A stretch of 51,010 nt of DNA from Chiloscyllium plagiosum. Taxonomy: Eukaryota. Every line of letters starts with the position of its first letter. Positions within the stretch are counted from its first letter, which is position 1. The stretch lies in NCBI RefSeq assembly GCF_004010195.1, contig NC_057752.1, positions 13,408,272-13,459,281 of the forward strand. Direction: 5' to 3'. A program made the translations under genes and the position numbers. Positions 24,271-36,870 of this stretch are shown here, piece after piece. The notes beneath the pieces were generated by a model that had not been told where the DNA came from, ran no database searches, and saw only the letters and a list, made by a program, of their open reading frames with translations.

Positions 24271-26048
24271 GGTGTTCACTCTGGCCAGAAAATGAAATTC
24301 CAAACATTATAATTTGATCTGAAATTAATCATTTGCCCATCATTCTTTCCTAAACACAGCATAGATAGTACATTATTTTGATGAAAGAGGAAATAATTTA
24401 TGTCTTTTGACTTAATTTTTCTCTGTTCAGTTGAGGGCATAACGTCAAGTATTTCTGTTCAGAGAGAGAGCCAGACTCATAGTTTTTAAATAAAAAATGA
24501 TACCGTGAAATATGTACCAACGGTGTAATTGGCAGAATATTAGTTGGAATGCCAATACCCACTGATGGCACAAAGCAGGCACTGTATAGGTTGACCGTGC
24601 ACAATCTAAAGTTTAAAATATGGGAACGGAAGGAAGCTATTCAAGCCTGTTCTGCCATTTAATTCAATCATGGCTAATTTGTATCTTAACTCAATCAGCC
24701 GTGGTTCCGGAATTAGGTCACCCCTTAATCTTCAAGGGGATACAAGCCTAGTCTGTGCAGTATGTCCTCACGATTTTATTTTTGAACCCCTTCTGAGGTG
24801 GGTTTGTCCTGCCTGAGGTGAAGAGCTAAGGAATAATCTCTGGGTGGGCGGGGCCTGAACCACAGTGTTGTATAACTGGTGAAAGGCAGACAGTTCTGAC
24901 ATCAAATGGTTCTCAATGAACAAACATTAGATTTAGAATTAGAGTTTATTGTCACATGTATTCAAGTACAGAAGTATAGGAACACAGTGAAAAGCGTATA
25001 ATGTCGCCACACACTGTTCCATCTTAGGTATAAAAGTACCTAGGTACACAAAATGTACATACAAAGTAATAAAAGAAACAAAATTATAAAGTTAAGCACT
25101 ACAGACTATCATAGTATCAATAGAAAATATAAAGAAATAAGCTAGTAGATAACATTAAAGCCCTTCTTAATATAAACTAGAAAAATAAAGAAATAAAGTT
25201 AAAAGTTCAACAGTCAAACAGATTGACAATGAAAGAGTTTCTCCCAGTACTGAGTAAAGCGGGTCGGTAATTCTCTGGAGTTTAGAAATTGCGAGAGGCA
25301 TTGAGACATACCAGCTTTTTGAAGGGGCTTGATAGAGCAAGGATGGTAGAGCTCTCTCTCTGAAGGGCATTAGTGAACCAGAGAGGGATTTCCCAAATTT
25401 TTAATTACCATTGGAGCAGCTTTTTAATTGAATCCAAGTTTTACTATTTATCACAGAGGGAAGGGTGGGCCTCTGGGTCACTAAGCCCAGTGACCATACC
25501 GTGAAGCCATGAGCTGTTTAGGAATCTCTCCCCCAGAGCGGGGTGGCTGCTCCACCACTGACCTATATTGAAGGCTGGGATCAGCAGAGCTTTGTTCCAT
25601 CAGGGAAATCGAGGATTGGGGGGAGTAGGTGGGAAAGTGGAGTTGAGACCCCAAGGTCAGCCAGGATTGGACTGAACAGCACAGCAGGTACATTGGGCAA
25701 AATGGTGTTGTCCTGCACCTATCTCTTATGCTCTTCTTTGCTGGTGGAGAGTGGAATAAATCAAATATGATCACTTCAGTCAGTAGAAAGTTAATGTTGA
25801 TAAAGGTGGTGAAAGTATTTTCCTCATCAACCTGCTAAGAGATACCATTATACACTGCTGGAACTTGAACCCTGGCCCCCTTGCTCAGAAACAAAAACAG
25901 AAATTGCTGGAAATGCTCAGCCTGTCTGGCAGTATCTTTGAAGAGGAATCAGAGTTAAGGCTTCGGTGACCCGTTGTACCACAATAGCCTCCAGGTTCCG
26001 TCACTAGAACTGAATGGTTTTGCTAATCCATTGATAGACTTCAGAGAA

Positions 26049-26890
26049 GGTTGTAAGTTTGCTAGCTGAACTGGCAGGATGTTTTCAGATGTTTCATCAC
26101 CATGCTAGGTAACATCATCAGTGAGCCTCCGGTGAAGTGCTGGTGTTCTGTCCTTCTTTCTGTTTATGTGTCTTGGTCTGTTGTGGTGGGTGATATCATT
26201 TCCAGTTCTTTTCTCATAGGTTGGTAAATAGGGTCCAAATCGATGTGTTTACTGATAGAGTTCTGGGTTGAATGCCAGGCCTCTAGGAATTCCCATGCTT
26301 GTCTCTGTTTAGCCTGTCCCAGTCGAAGTGGTGTCCTTCTTCACCTGTTTGTCCAATGTAGTGTTTGTTACAGTCCTTGCAGGGCGTTTTGTAAATGACA
26401 TCCGTTTTGCAAAACCCTGCAAGGACTGTAACAAAGACTACAGTGGACAAACAAGCAGAAACCTAGCCACCAGGATACATGAACACCAACTAGCCACCAA
26501 AACGACATGACCCACTCTCACTAGTATACTTACATACGGACAAAGAAGAACACCACTTTGACTGGGACAGCACCTCCATCCTGGGACAGGCTAAACAGAG
26601 ATACGCATGGGAATTCCTAGAGGCCTGACATTCAACCCAGAACTCCATCAGTAAACACATCGATTTGGACCCTATTTACCAACCTATGAGAAATAGAAAC
26701 AGAAGTGACATCATCCACCTTAAGAAACTAAAACACATAAATAGAAAGAGAGACAGAACACCAGCGCTTCACCAGAGGCTCACTGATGATGTTACCTAGT
26801 AGGGTGATGAAACGTCTGAAAACAAACCTGCCAACTCAGTGAGCAAACTTACAACCTGAACGTCAACCTGAGCTACAAATCTTCTCAAAA
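26049..26890 (+). mobile_element. Penelope/Poseidon-type PLE: GIY-YIG 3' end with an inverted upstream copy
   Basis: KPCKDCNKDYSGQTSRNLATRIHEH...FDWD...EFLEA. About 26049-26345 is the diverged reverse complement of about 26555-26856. Confidence 0.85.
26780..26819 (+). ncRNA. Minimal hammerhead motif, second PLE family
   Basis: tca CTGATGA t gttacc tagtag ggtgat GAAA CGTC|tga. Related copies at 26085-26124 (-) and 33131-33170 (-). Confidence 0.7.
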
Positions 26891-27980
26891 CTCACAAAGG
26901 CTTCAGAGAAGATGGGCAAGGAATGATTCCAGGAGTTGGGACACAATAGTAGGAGGACATCCCTGCGGGTTCAGCTCATTTTCATTGGGGAGAGGAGGAT
27001 TGAGAGGGATGTGTTCTGTTAGCAAGAAAAGAAATGGGGGGTGGGCCTGTCTCCGACAGAACTGGTTCCTGACTGTGAGGAGCCAGTTCCCGAGCCACCT
27101 GCAATGGTCACACCACTGGGGCAACTGCGGTGCAGCTCAACCAGCACAAACAGCAAGAGGTTTGTTTGCTCAGCTTTAAAGAAGGTGCTTGCATGTCAAG
27201 TGTGGGAGCAAAAGAATTGGCGATAGACAGCCCAGCTGTTGCTCACGCTGGGATCATCCATAAAGCGCTAATCTGCCTTCTGTACTGGCAGGGGGATGAC
27301 AAGAGAACTGATTTATTGCAGCGCAAAACCCCGCCAGCCAATCCTCTGCCGCTTGCCATGCTGAGTGCAGCCCGCAACGTAGCCTAGGATGTTCCACAGG
27401 CCGTGAAAGCACTGTTTCTGAGGAGGGGCCAGGCTTGATGGACCGAAAGGCTTGTTCTTGTTTTGTGCTTCCTCCCCATTCCCCAAGATTTGAAAGGGAT
27501 CCCGGTCTTGCCATCTTGAATCTTTCTGACAACTTTTGTATCTGCCTTTAGCCATGGTCACCCATTGGGTGCAATGCTTCATAAAGGCTTCTCTTAATTC
27601 TTGGGAGCTAGCCTCCACCACACCACACTTATGGATCCCCTACCTTTTATTTGTGTCTATAACTGTTGCTTTCCCTTTCGATGCTCAGTCAACTATTAAG
27701 TCTCGTCCTTCTCTCCTGATTGATCCCATTTGTTGATGCGAGGGGCTCGGAGGTAGTGAAGAACTGCAGGCAATCAGGGGAGCGAAGGAAGCAAAGCAGA
27801 TTGCCTCAATGGAAAAGGCAGCTCTTGAGAGAATTCTCTAACTTTGCTCCTTGTGCGCGTCACCATTGCTCAGAAAGCAAGCTGCTCTGCAATTTCAACT
27901 CAATCCAGAATAGTACATGGTCGGCCAGTTGTGAGGCTAAAGGTTTAAAAATATCAACATGATTATTTCTCTTTTTTTAG

Positions 27981-28019
27981 GAAGCAGCCTCACAGAAAAG
28001 CACGACAATTTGGGTATGA
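27981..28019 (+). CDS. slc26a10: SLC26A10-like terminal coding exon (EAASQKSTTIWV*)
   Basis: Strong tttctctttttttag acceptor, phase 0, TGA at 28017-28019, followed by non-repetitive UTR-like sequence. Confidence 0.8.
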   Translation, partial: EAASQKSTTIWV

Positions 28020-28370
28020 AAGAATCGGTGGACTTTCTGCTCAATGATTGCTGTACCACTTACAAAGGACAATCATAAGGGTCTGCCTGACCACAATTGC
28101 CTTTCAAGGAGACTCGAAATGAAGTGACTAGGCTCTATCCAACCTGAAATGCAGAATGAGACTTCTTTACTAATCTAAAATGTGTAGCGTTTCACTGACA
28201 AAACACAACTACAGGTTAAGCTGCATGGAATGGCTTCTTCCAGAGAGACACGTCAAAAAGCAGAAAGTCAGCTTTAACTGATATTGTTATTTGCCACTAT
28301 GGGATTTTAGTGTAGTTGGTGTGTGAATGAATCTGGTCAGAAAGAGATAAACTACAAAAGAATGATTGGG

Positions 28371-28376
28371 AATAAA
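28371..28376 (+). promoter_or_regulatory. Candidate polyadenylation signal for the SLC26 gene
   Basis: First AATAAA seen downstream of the stop codon (about 350 nt). Confidence 0.35.
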
Positions 28377-28779
28377 GGGATATCTTCTTTATGGGAGTGC
28401 TGGGCAATGCGATATAGGGTTTGGAAGACAGAGGTGAGGAAGGTAGGGGTAAAGGACAGTGCTGCCTGCATCTACATGGGCAGGGCGATTGAGAACCTTA
28501 TTAAGCTGGGCAGCATGATGCCCCCCCCAGTGTTGGTAACTAACGTGGTGGGACTTACTGTTATGCCCCTGACCCCCCCCCGCCCCCCGTCAAACAAGTT
28601 TGCCAGACAGTTTTTCTCACGGAGGCAGGATCCCTTGCATTTCACAATTTGAAAAATGGCTGTTTCACAGACCAGCAGCGATGATTCGCTCTATATTCGC
28701 AGGGTGGGCCCCCATACTGAAGGAAATTTAGTCCCTTTGATTGTTTCGCAAATCTTTAACTCTATTTTTCTTTTATCAT

Positions 28780-29060
28780 GTTTTTTTATGGGATGTGGGC
28801 ATCACTGGCAAGACTGGCATTTATGACCCATCCCTAATTGCCCTTGAACTGGTTGGCGCTCTCGGACATTTCAGGGGGTGGTGAAGTGTCAGCCACATTG
28901 GCTGTGGGCCTGGAGTCACATGTAGGCCTAGACCAGGTAAGGATGGCAGATTTCCTTCCCTCAAGGGCATTAGTGAACCAGATGGATTTTTACAACAATC
29001 GACAATAGGTCATGGTCACCATCACTTATTCCAGATATTTTTATTTGAGTTTAAGTTGAT
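28780..29060 (-). mobile_element. SacSINE/Deu-like SINE
   Basis: Reverse complement of the 12582-12745 and 32150-32260 body. Confidence 0.7.
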
Positions 29061-29707
29061 GGTTGGACTTGTACCTACATCCTGAACGTGGCATCTGAAC
29101 AAAAATTCCAGTGACATTAATGACATCAGCATCTCGACATTGCACTTTGATTTCAGCTGATCATCATTAAGCCTCCCTGCTATGGCGTTGTGCACTGTGT
29201 GACTCACCCAGACTCAATTCAACACCACCACTCCCCCTGCGAAAACTCATTTTGGCTTCTCCTGTGTTACCCCCAAATGGGGGCAGGAAGCTATTCAGCC
29301 TCTCATCAATGAATTCCAGTCAAACAGTTTGTGACTGACCTGTATCTTAATTGCCTCTATTCACCATAATGCCCTGGAGAGATAGGGCTTCATGAGTATT
29401 CAGATGAGCCTCTGAGGTAAGCTGTGATGCAACTGTGATGTCAGTGATCATGGGCTAGGACTCTGCTAGGAGGTTGGAGCCTGTGCAGCTCAGAGCGAGC
29501 TGCTCTGTAGCCTTACTGTCATGTACAGGCTTTTCAGAAATGTTGTTTAAAGGTACCTTAATCAAATCAGTCTGGCTTGACCTGAAGACCCGTGAAAACC
29601 CATATAGGAACATCTCACAGTATACCTTTCCCAACAAATACCGACCAATGCCAGTTTGGGAATTTTCCATTGAGTCCTAACCTCAGCAATGTATTTGTTT
29701 GTGTGAA

Positions 29708-30040
29708 GGGCGGCATGGTGTCTCAGTAGTTAGCACTGCTGCCTCACAGCGCCAGGGACCCGGGTTCAATTCAAACCTATGGTGACTGTCTGTGTGGAGT
29801 TTGCACATTCTCCCCGTATCTGTGTGGGTTTCCTTCACGTGCTCCGGTTTCCTCCCACAGTCCAAAGGTGTGCAGGTCAGGTGGAATGACTATGCTAAAT
29901 CACCCCTAGTATCCAGGGATAGGCAGGTTCAGTGGGTTAGCCATGGTAAATGGAGGGAGGGTGGGTCTGGGTGGGATGCTCTTTGGAGGGTTGGTGCGGA
30001 CTCACTGGGCAGAATGGCCTTCTTCCTGTCAGGACTCTAT
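29708..30040 (+). mobile_element. HE1-type V-SINE
   Basis: Head, core and tail recognisable. Confidence 0.85.
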
Positions 30041-30954
30041 GCTACCTGATGTGGCCTGGTTCAAATGTTAAAATTCTGCACCCACTACCGAGCAGAGGAC
30101 ATAGTTTCCCTTTCCCTGACCTATCAGTTCACCTCAATGAGATGGTCAACTTAAGCATCAAAGAGCATGCCAAGACTTGCCACCTTTCCTCACTCAAAAA
30201 GGCTGGCCGCTTCCGTGAGATATGGGGTTGGCCATTAACCACAACCCTGTACCAGTTGGCATCTTTGGAACAACAGGCGACAAGTGAAACTCATGGCTAC
30301 AAAAGCAAGTTTGAGCGTTGAATGAGTGGTCTTTCCCTGTTGACGCTTAGGCCCAAGTACTCCGTAATTGCTGTAACTGATTTACTACGTGATTCTGTTC
30401 GAAATTCATGTGTGTAAATAAATGATCATTTATGAAGAGCAACACCATATTGTGGGTTTCTGCCAATGTTTTACACTGCAGCAAAAATGGCAGCCATCTG
30501 TCTCGAAACGAAGTATTTTGTGCACTAAGCTTCACCAGGCACTTAAACGCTAAAGTAAACTGCGGAGGCTTCAAAGAAGCCATAAACCTGGTGGGTGAAG
30601 CTTGTGGTAAATGTGTACACTTCAATATTAGAACTAGAATTAAGCTTAAAGTCACGTGTGCACAAGTACCGGGATGCAGGAGTATAGGGTGAAATATACA
30701 AAGCTGCCATTCCTAGCGCCAGCTTAAGTACAAGGTACCGAGGTACAAAGTCTTGTGTATAAAGTAAAAAAAAAAGGAATAAGTTAAAATTTCAACATTG
30801 CAGTTGTGGTCAGTATAAAGTAGTAAATGAGAAAAAGAGTTAACCATTCAAATTTACAGGCCTGCTTTAACCATTGTTTCATTGTGATTTCTTAAAGAAT
30901 CTTGATCGCTTGTTGTTGTTGATGTCCAAGTCCATACAACGTTGGATTGTTTCT

Positions 30955-31210
30955 AGGAATGATCCTGGGGATGAGGGGCTTGTCGTATGAGGAGGGGTTG
31001 GGGACTCTGGGTCTGTACTCTGTGGGACCCATTGCTGCAGAGAGCTGTGGAGGCCGGGTCACTGAGTGTGTTTAAGACAGAGATGGATTAATAATAGGAT
31101 CAAGGGTTACAGGGAGAAGGCAGGGGAATGAGGCTGAGAAACATAACAGCCATGATCGAATGGCAGAGCAGACCCGATGGGCCAAATGGCCTAATTCTGC
31201 TCCTATATTA
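30955..31210 (+). mobile_element. CR1 LINE 3' fragment
   Basis: GLSYEEGL..LGLYS and the 3' tail. Confidence 0.7.
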
Positions 31211-31965
31211 TATTATCTTCAAACATCATATCATTAATTTGCACATTTTCATTCCATTGTGAAGATCACATCTGCCATTTACACTTTGGAAACTGGCACA
31301 GACAGGATTTCGGGCAGAGGAGAGACTCCCTGCTCGCGTCCTTGAAATGATTTCCAACTTGCATCACCAAGACATCAGACTGGCACGATTGCCAAATGGT
31401 GTTTAACTGTGTCACTGCGAGCGTGCCCACTGAGGAAACCCACACATTACTAGATCTAGGGGTGAGCAAGGACACAAGATTCTCTCTTCACAGCCTGTGT
31501 GGTCGAGAGATGCTTTCCAGATCGTTTGGGGAGGAGACAGTGGTGGCAGAATGTGGTGCAGCCGATATGCCAGTGCCAGTGAATATTGGTTCCTGAGGTG
31601 CACTCAGTACCAGAAGAACCATTCAGTTTTCAGCAGTGCATCCATGTTACAGCTACAGGCAAAGGCCACTTCCACCAAACCATCCTTCAGCCAACCACAC
31701 ATCACTCTCACAAACATCAATCGCTTCAAGTTAAGGCTTATCTTGCTGTTCAGCAGCAAAATAGGACACACGAGGAAGATATGCAAGCGAATAATACTCA
31801 TGTGACTCGAAGCTAAAAGCAAAAATCGATCCATCAGTGTGTGGCTGTGCTTCCCCTCAGGGAAAGGTATGTGTTGCTCAGAATTCCAAAGTTGTGCTGT
31901 CTCAGTACCAATTGTGGCATTCTCTTGGTTTTATAGACAAGGCAATGGCTTTTGATGTTTCAAGG

Positions 31966-32880
31966 GGAGGCCATGGCCTAGTGGTATTGTCACTGGGCTG
32001 TTAATCCAGAGACATGGCTAATGCTCGGGGGACATGAGTTTGAATCCTGCCATGCTAGACTGGGGAGTTTGAATTTAGGTTTTTTTTAATTTAATAAAAA
32101 TAAATATTTCTGGAATTAAGAGTCGAATGATGATCATTGTTGGTGGAAAAAATCCACATGGTTCACTCATGTCCTTTAGGGAAGGAGACTGCTGTCCTTA
32201 CCAGGTCTGAGCCTACATGTGACTCCAGACCCACAGCCAATGTAGCTGACTCTGAACAGCCCTCTGAAATGCTTGAGGAAGCCACTCAGTTATAACACTC
32301 CACAGCTTAAAGAGGAAATCCCCACAGACTGGGAAGGCCCATAGCGAACCCAGCCCCATCTAGGGGCTAGTGACAACATTAGGAGAGCTGTCTCACAGAC
32401 TACTCCAGCATCAGCCTGACCTGGTCATGCCTTACAGACAATGACTCAGACACCACCATCACCATCTCTGGATCTGTCCTTCCCGGTGGTGGCACAGTCA
32501 TATAAAATCAGAGTCTCATGGCTTCAGGTCAAGCATGGGAAAGGAAACCGCCTGCTGATTCCCACGTACCGTCCTCCTGCGGCTGATGAATCCGTACTCC
32601 TCCATGTTGCACAACACTTGGAGGAAGCACTGAGGGTGGCAAGGTCACAGAATGTACACTGGATAGGAGAATGCCCACCAGCAAGACTAGCTCGGCAGTA
32701 CCAGTGCTGACTGAGCTGCCCAAGTCCTGAAAGACATCGCTGCTGAGCTGGACTGAAAGGAACCAACAAGAGGAAAAGTCTTACTTGAGCTCATCTTAAT
32801 CTGCCTAGACGTATCGATCCATAATAGTATTGATAGAAGAGACCACTGCATAATTCTTGGGTTCACAGAGTTCCATATGA
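31966..32880 (+). mobile_element. SacSINE-like tRNA/Deu head followed by decayed LINE AP-endonuclease coding sequence
   Basis: Head at 31966-32260, then LGELSHRL..QPD...VSWLQVKHGKGN.LL..TYRPP (APE domain). Confidence 0.65.
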
Positions 32881-33094
32881 TACTGAGCAATGTTTTTATT
32901 TGTTCATAGGATTCTTTCATTCTGGCTAGACCAGCGCTTATTGCACATCCCTAATTGCCCAGAGGGCAGATAAGAGTCAGACACATTGGCTATGGATCAC
33001 ACATAGGCCAGACTAGGTAAGGATGGCATATTTCCTTCTCTAAAAGACATCAACACCCTGGGGAGTGTAGCCAAACAAAGAGACCTAGGAGTCT

Positions 33095-33263
33095 GGATGT
33101 AGGTTTGCTCACTGAGCTGGAAGGTTTGTTTCAGACATTTCATCATCATACTAGGGAACATCTTCAGTGAGGCTCTGGATGAAACACTGGTGATGTAGCC
33201 TGCTTCCTATTTATGTGTTTGGGTGGCCTGGGGTTGGTGATGTCATTTCCTGTGGTGATGTCA
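33095..33263 (-). mobile_element. Poseidon-type PLE pLTR fragment running into a gap
   Basis: Similar to 26049-26210. Confidence 0.7.
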
Positions 33264-33763
33264 NNNNNNNNNNNNNNNNNNNNNNNNNNNNNNNNNNNNN
33301 NNNNNNNNNNNNNNNNNNNNNNNNNNNNNNNNNNNNNNNNNNNNNNNNNNNNNNNNNNNNNNNNNNNNNNNNNNNNNNNNNNNNNNNNNNNNNNNNNNNN
33401 NNNNNNNNNNNNNNNNNNNNNNNNNNNNNNNNNNNNNNNNNNNNNNNNNNNNNNNNNNNNNNNNNNNNNNNNNNNNNNNNNNNNNNNNNNNNNNNNNNNN
33501 NNNNNNNNNNNNNNNNNNNNNNNNNNNNNNNNNNNNNNNNNNNNNNNNNNNNNNNNNNNNNNNNNNNNNNNNNNNNNNNNNNNNNNNNNNNNNNNNNNNN
33601 NNNNNNNNNNNNNNNNNNNNNNNNNNNNNNNNNNNNNNNNNNNNNNNNNNNNNNNNNNNNNNNNNNNNNNNNNNNNNNNNNNNNNNNNNNNNNNNNNNNN
33701 NNNNNNNNNNNNNNNNNNNNNNNNNNNNNNNNNNNNNNNNNNNNNNNNNNNNNNNNNNNNNNN
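33264..33763. other. Assembly gap (500 N)
   Basis: Run of N. Confidence 1.
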
Positions 33764-33764
33764 C

Positions 33765-34070
33765 CCCCCATGTCAGTCTGAAATGGCCTCCCCCGTATCC
33801 ATAAACTGTGACCGCCAGCTTCTGGACTCCCCCACCACTGGGAATATCCTTCCTGTGTTGACCCTGTCTAGTACGGTTAGAATTTTATAGGTTTCTATTA
33901 ACTCTCCTTTCCATCTCAACTCCAGTGAATATAATCCTAACTGATCCAGTCTCTCTTCATACGACAGTCCTGCCATCCCAGGAATCAGTCTGGGAAACCT
34001 TTGCTGTACTCCCTCCATCACCAGAACATCCTTCCTCAGATAAGGAGACCCAAACTGCACACAATACATC
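33765..34070 (-). mobile_element. CR1 LINE 3' fragment
   Basis: YCVQFGSPYLRKD...GLSYEERL. Confidence 0.85.
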
Positions 34071-34489
34071 AATCTCGATTTATCCGGATTAGAGTGGACA
34101 CCAGCGGTGTTTTAATTCCCCCTTTAGTCTTTTATGGGATGTGGGCATCACTGGCAAGGTGCCCACTTCATGCCCTTGAATCGAGCAGCTCACTAGACTA
34201 TTTCAGAGGGCGGTTAAGGATGGATCCCATTGCTGTGGATCTGGAGTCACATGTCAACCAGACCAGGTGAGAACTCACTTCCTTGATTCTTCTATGGGCC
34301 AACACGGACTAATTTTCTTGGCCTGCCATTTTTAATCAAAGGTTTCAACGTTTTGCCTTTCAGTACCAGTCTGCATTGGCATGTCATGCCACAATCACCA
34401 CTTGTTCTGAAAGCTTCTAACCCCAGTGTTTGCTAACGTCACAACTGCATTTATGCACAAGTGACACTGAATCGCTTCAAAAGAATCGG

Positions 34490-35940
34490 ATTCCCCACAG
34501 CGTGGAAACAGGCCATTCGGCCCGACAAGTCCACACCATCCCTCCGAAGAGTATCCCACCAAGACCCAGTCCCCGACTCTATCACTCCACATTTACCCTT
34601 GACTGATGCACATCCCTGGGCACTATGGGACAATTTAGCATGGCCAATCCACCCTAACCTGCACATCCCTGGACACTATGGGACAATTTAGCATGGCCAA
34701 TCCACCCTAACCTGCACATCCCTGGGCACTATNNNNNNNNNNNNNNNNNNNNNNNNNNNNNNNNNNNNNNNNNNNNNNNNNNNNNNNNNNNNNNNNNNNN
34801 NNNNNNNNNNNNNNNNNNNNNNNNNNNNNNNNNNNNNNNNNNNNNNNNNNNNNNNNNNNNNNNNNNNNNNNNNNNNNNNNNNNNNNNNNNNNNNNNNNNN
34901 NNNNNNNNNNNNNNNNNNNNNNNNNNNNNNNNNNNNNNNNNNNNNNNNNNNNNNNNNNNNNNNNNNNNNNNNNNNNNNNNNNNNNNNNNNNNNNNNNNNN
35001 NNNNNNNNNNNNNNNNNNNNNNNNNNNNNNNNNNNNNNNNNNNNNNNNNNNNNNNNNNNNNNNNNNNNNNNNNNNNNNNNNNNNNNNNNNNNNNNNNNNN
35101 NNNNNNNNNNNNNNNNNNNNNNNNNNNNNNNNNNNNNNNNNNNNNNNNNNNNNNNNNNNNNNNNNNNNNNNNNNNNNNNNNNNNNNNNNNNNNNNNNNNN
35201 NNNNNNNNNNNNNNNNNNNNNNNNNNNNNNNNNNNNNNNNNNNNNNNNNNNNNNNNNNNNNNNNNNNNNNNNNNNNNNNNNNNNNNNNNNNNNNNNNNNN
35301 NNNNNNNNNNNNNNNNNNNNNNNNNNNNNNNNNNNNNNNNNNNNNNNNNNNNNNNNNNNNNNNNNNNNNNNNNNNNNNNNNNNNNNNNNNNNNNNNNNNN
35401 NNNNNNNNNNNNNNNNNNNNNNNNNNNNNNNNNNNNNNNNNNNNNNNNNNNNNNNNNNNNNNNNNNNNNNNNNNNNNNNNNNNNNNNNNNNNNNNNNNNN
35501 NNNNNNNNNNNNNNNNNNNNNNNNNNNNNNNNNNNNNNNNNNNNNNNNNNNNNNNNNNNNNNNNNNNNNNNNNNNNNNNNNNNNNNNNNNNNNNNNNNNN
35601 NNNNNNNNNNNNNNNNNNNNNNNNNNNNNNNNNNNNNNNNNNNNNNNNNNNNNNNNNNNNNNNNNCCTAACCTGCACATCCCTGGGCACTATGGGGCAAT
35701 TTAGCACGGCCAATCCACCCTAACCTGCACATCCCTGGGCACTATGGGACAATTTAGCATGGCCAATCCACCCTAACCTGCACATTTTTGGATTATGGGA
35801 GGAAACCGGAGCACCCGGAGGAAACCCACACAGACACAGGGAGAATGTGCAAACTCCACACAGACAGTTGCCCGAAGCTGGAATCAAGCCCAGGTCCCTG
35901 GTGCTGTGAGGCAGCAGTGCTAGCCACCAAGTCACTGTGC
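34490..35940 (-). mobile_element. HE1 SINE with an expanded internal 53-bp tandem repeat spanning a gap (34733-35665)
   Basis: Tail at 34490, head at about 35940. The 53-bp unit appears on both sides of the gap. Confidence 0.8.
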
Positions 35941-36289
35941 AGCCAAGGGCTTTGGAATCTTTGAAGATTGCAAACAAAACATGGAAGATGCGCGGTTTTT
36001 GATCCATCCTTATGAGCTGGTGACGACAAAATGCTTCTGAAGGCAAAACAAAAATGCTCACAAACCTGTCAGCCCAGTGACAAAACTCACAAGAATGTCG
36101 CCAAGTCTTCAACCCATTCTCGGGCGTTGAACGTCAAACGTCGCTTGGAAGAACTCAACCGGAGGTACAGGCTTTATGTTCAAATGAACATGGGAGTTAG
36201 GTATTGGTTTTGCCATACCAAATGACTCCAGGGTGGGAAAGGACGGGAATCTTCATCTGTAATGCCAACTAAATTTGGTCAATGCCCAG

Positions 36290-36870
36290 AAACAGGGACC
36301 GGAGTAAGCCATCCGGCCCGCTCCCCCATGTAGTAAGATCACGGCTGATCTGATATTCCTCACGGCCACTCTCCTGCTCTTCCCCTGAACCTCTGATTCC
36401 CGGGTTGATCAGGACTCTATCTCAGCCTTTAATATACACAAGGACTGTGCCTCCACAGCTCTCTGTGGCAAGGAGGTCCACAGACTCCCAACCCTCTGGG
36501 AGAAAGAATTCTCCCTCATCTTAGTTTTAAATTGGTCCCCCTTCGTTCTGAGCCTATATCCTCTGGTTCTAGACTCCCCCAGGAGGGGAAACATCCTCTC
36601 AGTATTTACCCTGCCAAGCCCCTAAGGAATCCAATATCTTCCACTGAGATCACCTCTCATCCTTCTCAACTCCAGTGAGTAGAGTCCCAGCCTGTTTAAC
36701 CTTTTCTCCCACACCAGGGACCATCCGAGTGAACCTTCTCTGAACTGTCTCCAATGAAATGATATATTTCCGTAAATAAGGGACCAGAGCTGCTCACAGT
36801 GTTCCAGACGTGGTCTCACCAGCACCTTGTACAGTTACAGTAAGACTTCCCTAATCTTATACTCCAACCC
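36290..36870 (-). mobile_element. CR1 LINE 3' fragment
   Basis: LVRPRLEHC...GESRTRG. Confidence 0.85.

Noticed and set aside
31266..31834. Cluster of overlapping short ORFs in non-repetitive DNA
   Set aside because: No motif, consistent frame or splice structure recognised.
33211..35713. Long ORFs containing X (also 46252-47047)
   Set aside because: Artefacts of N gaps.
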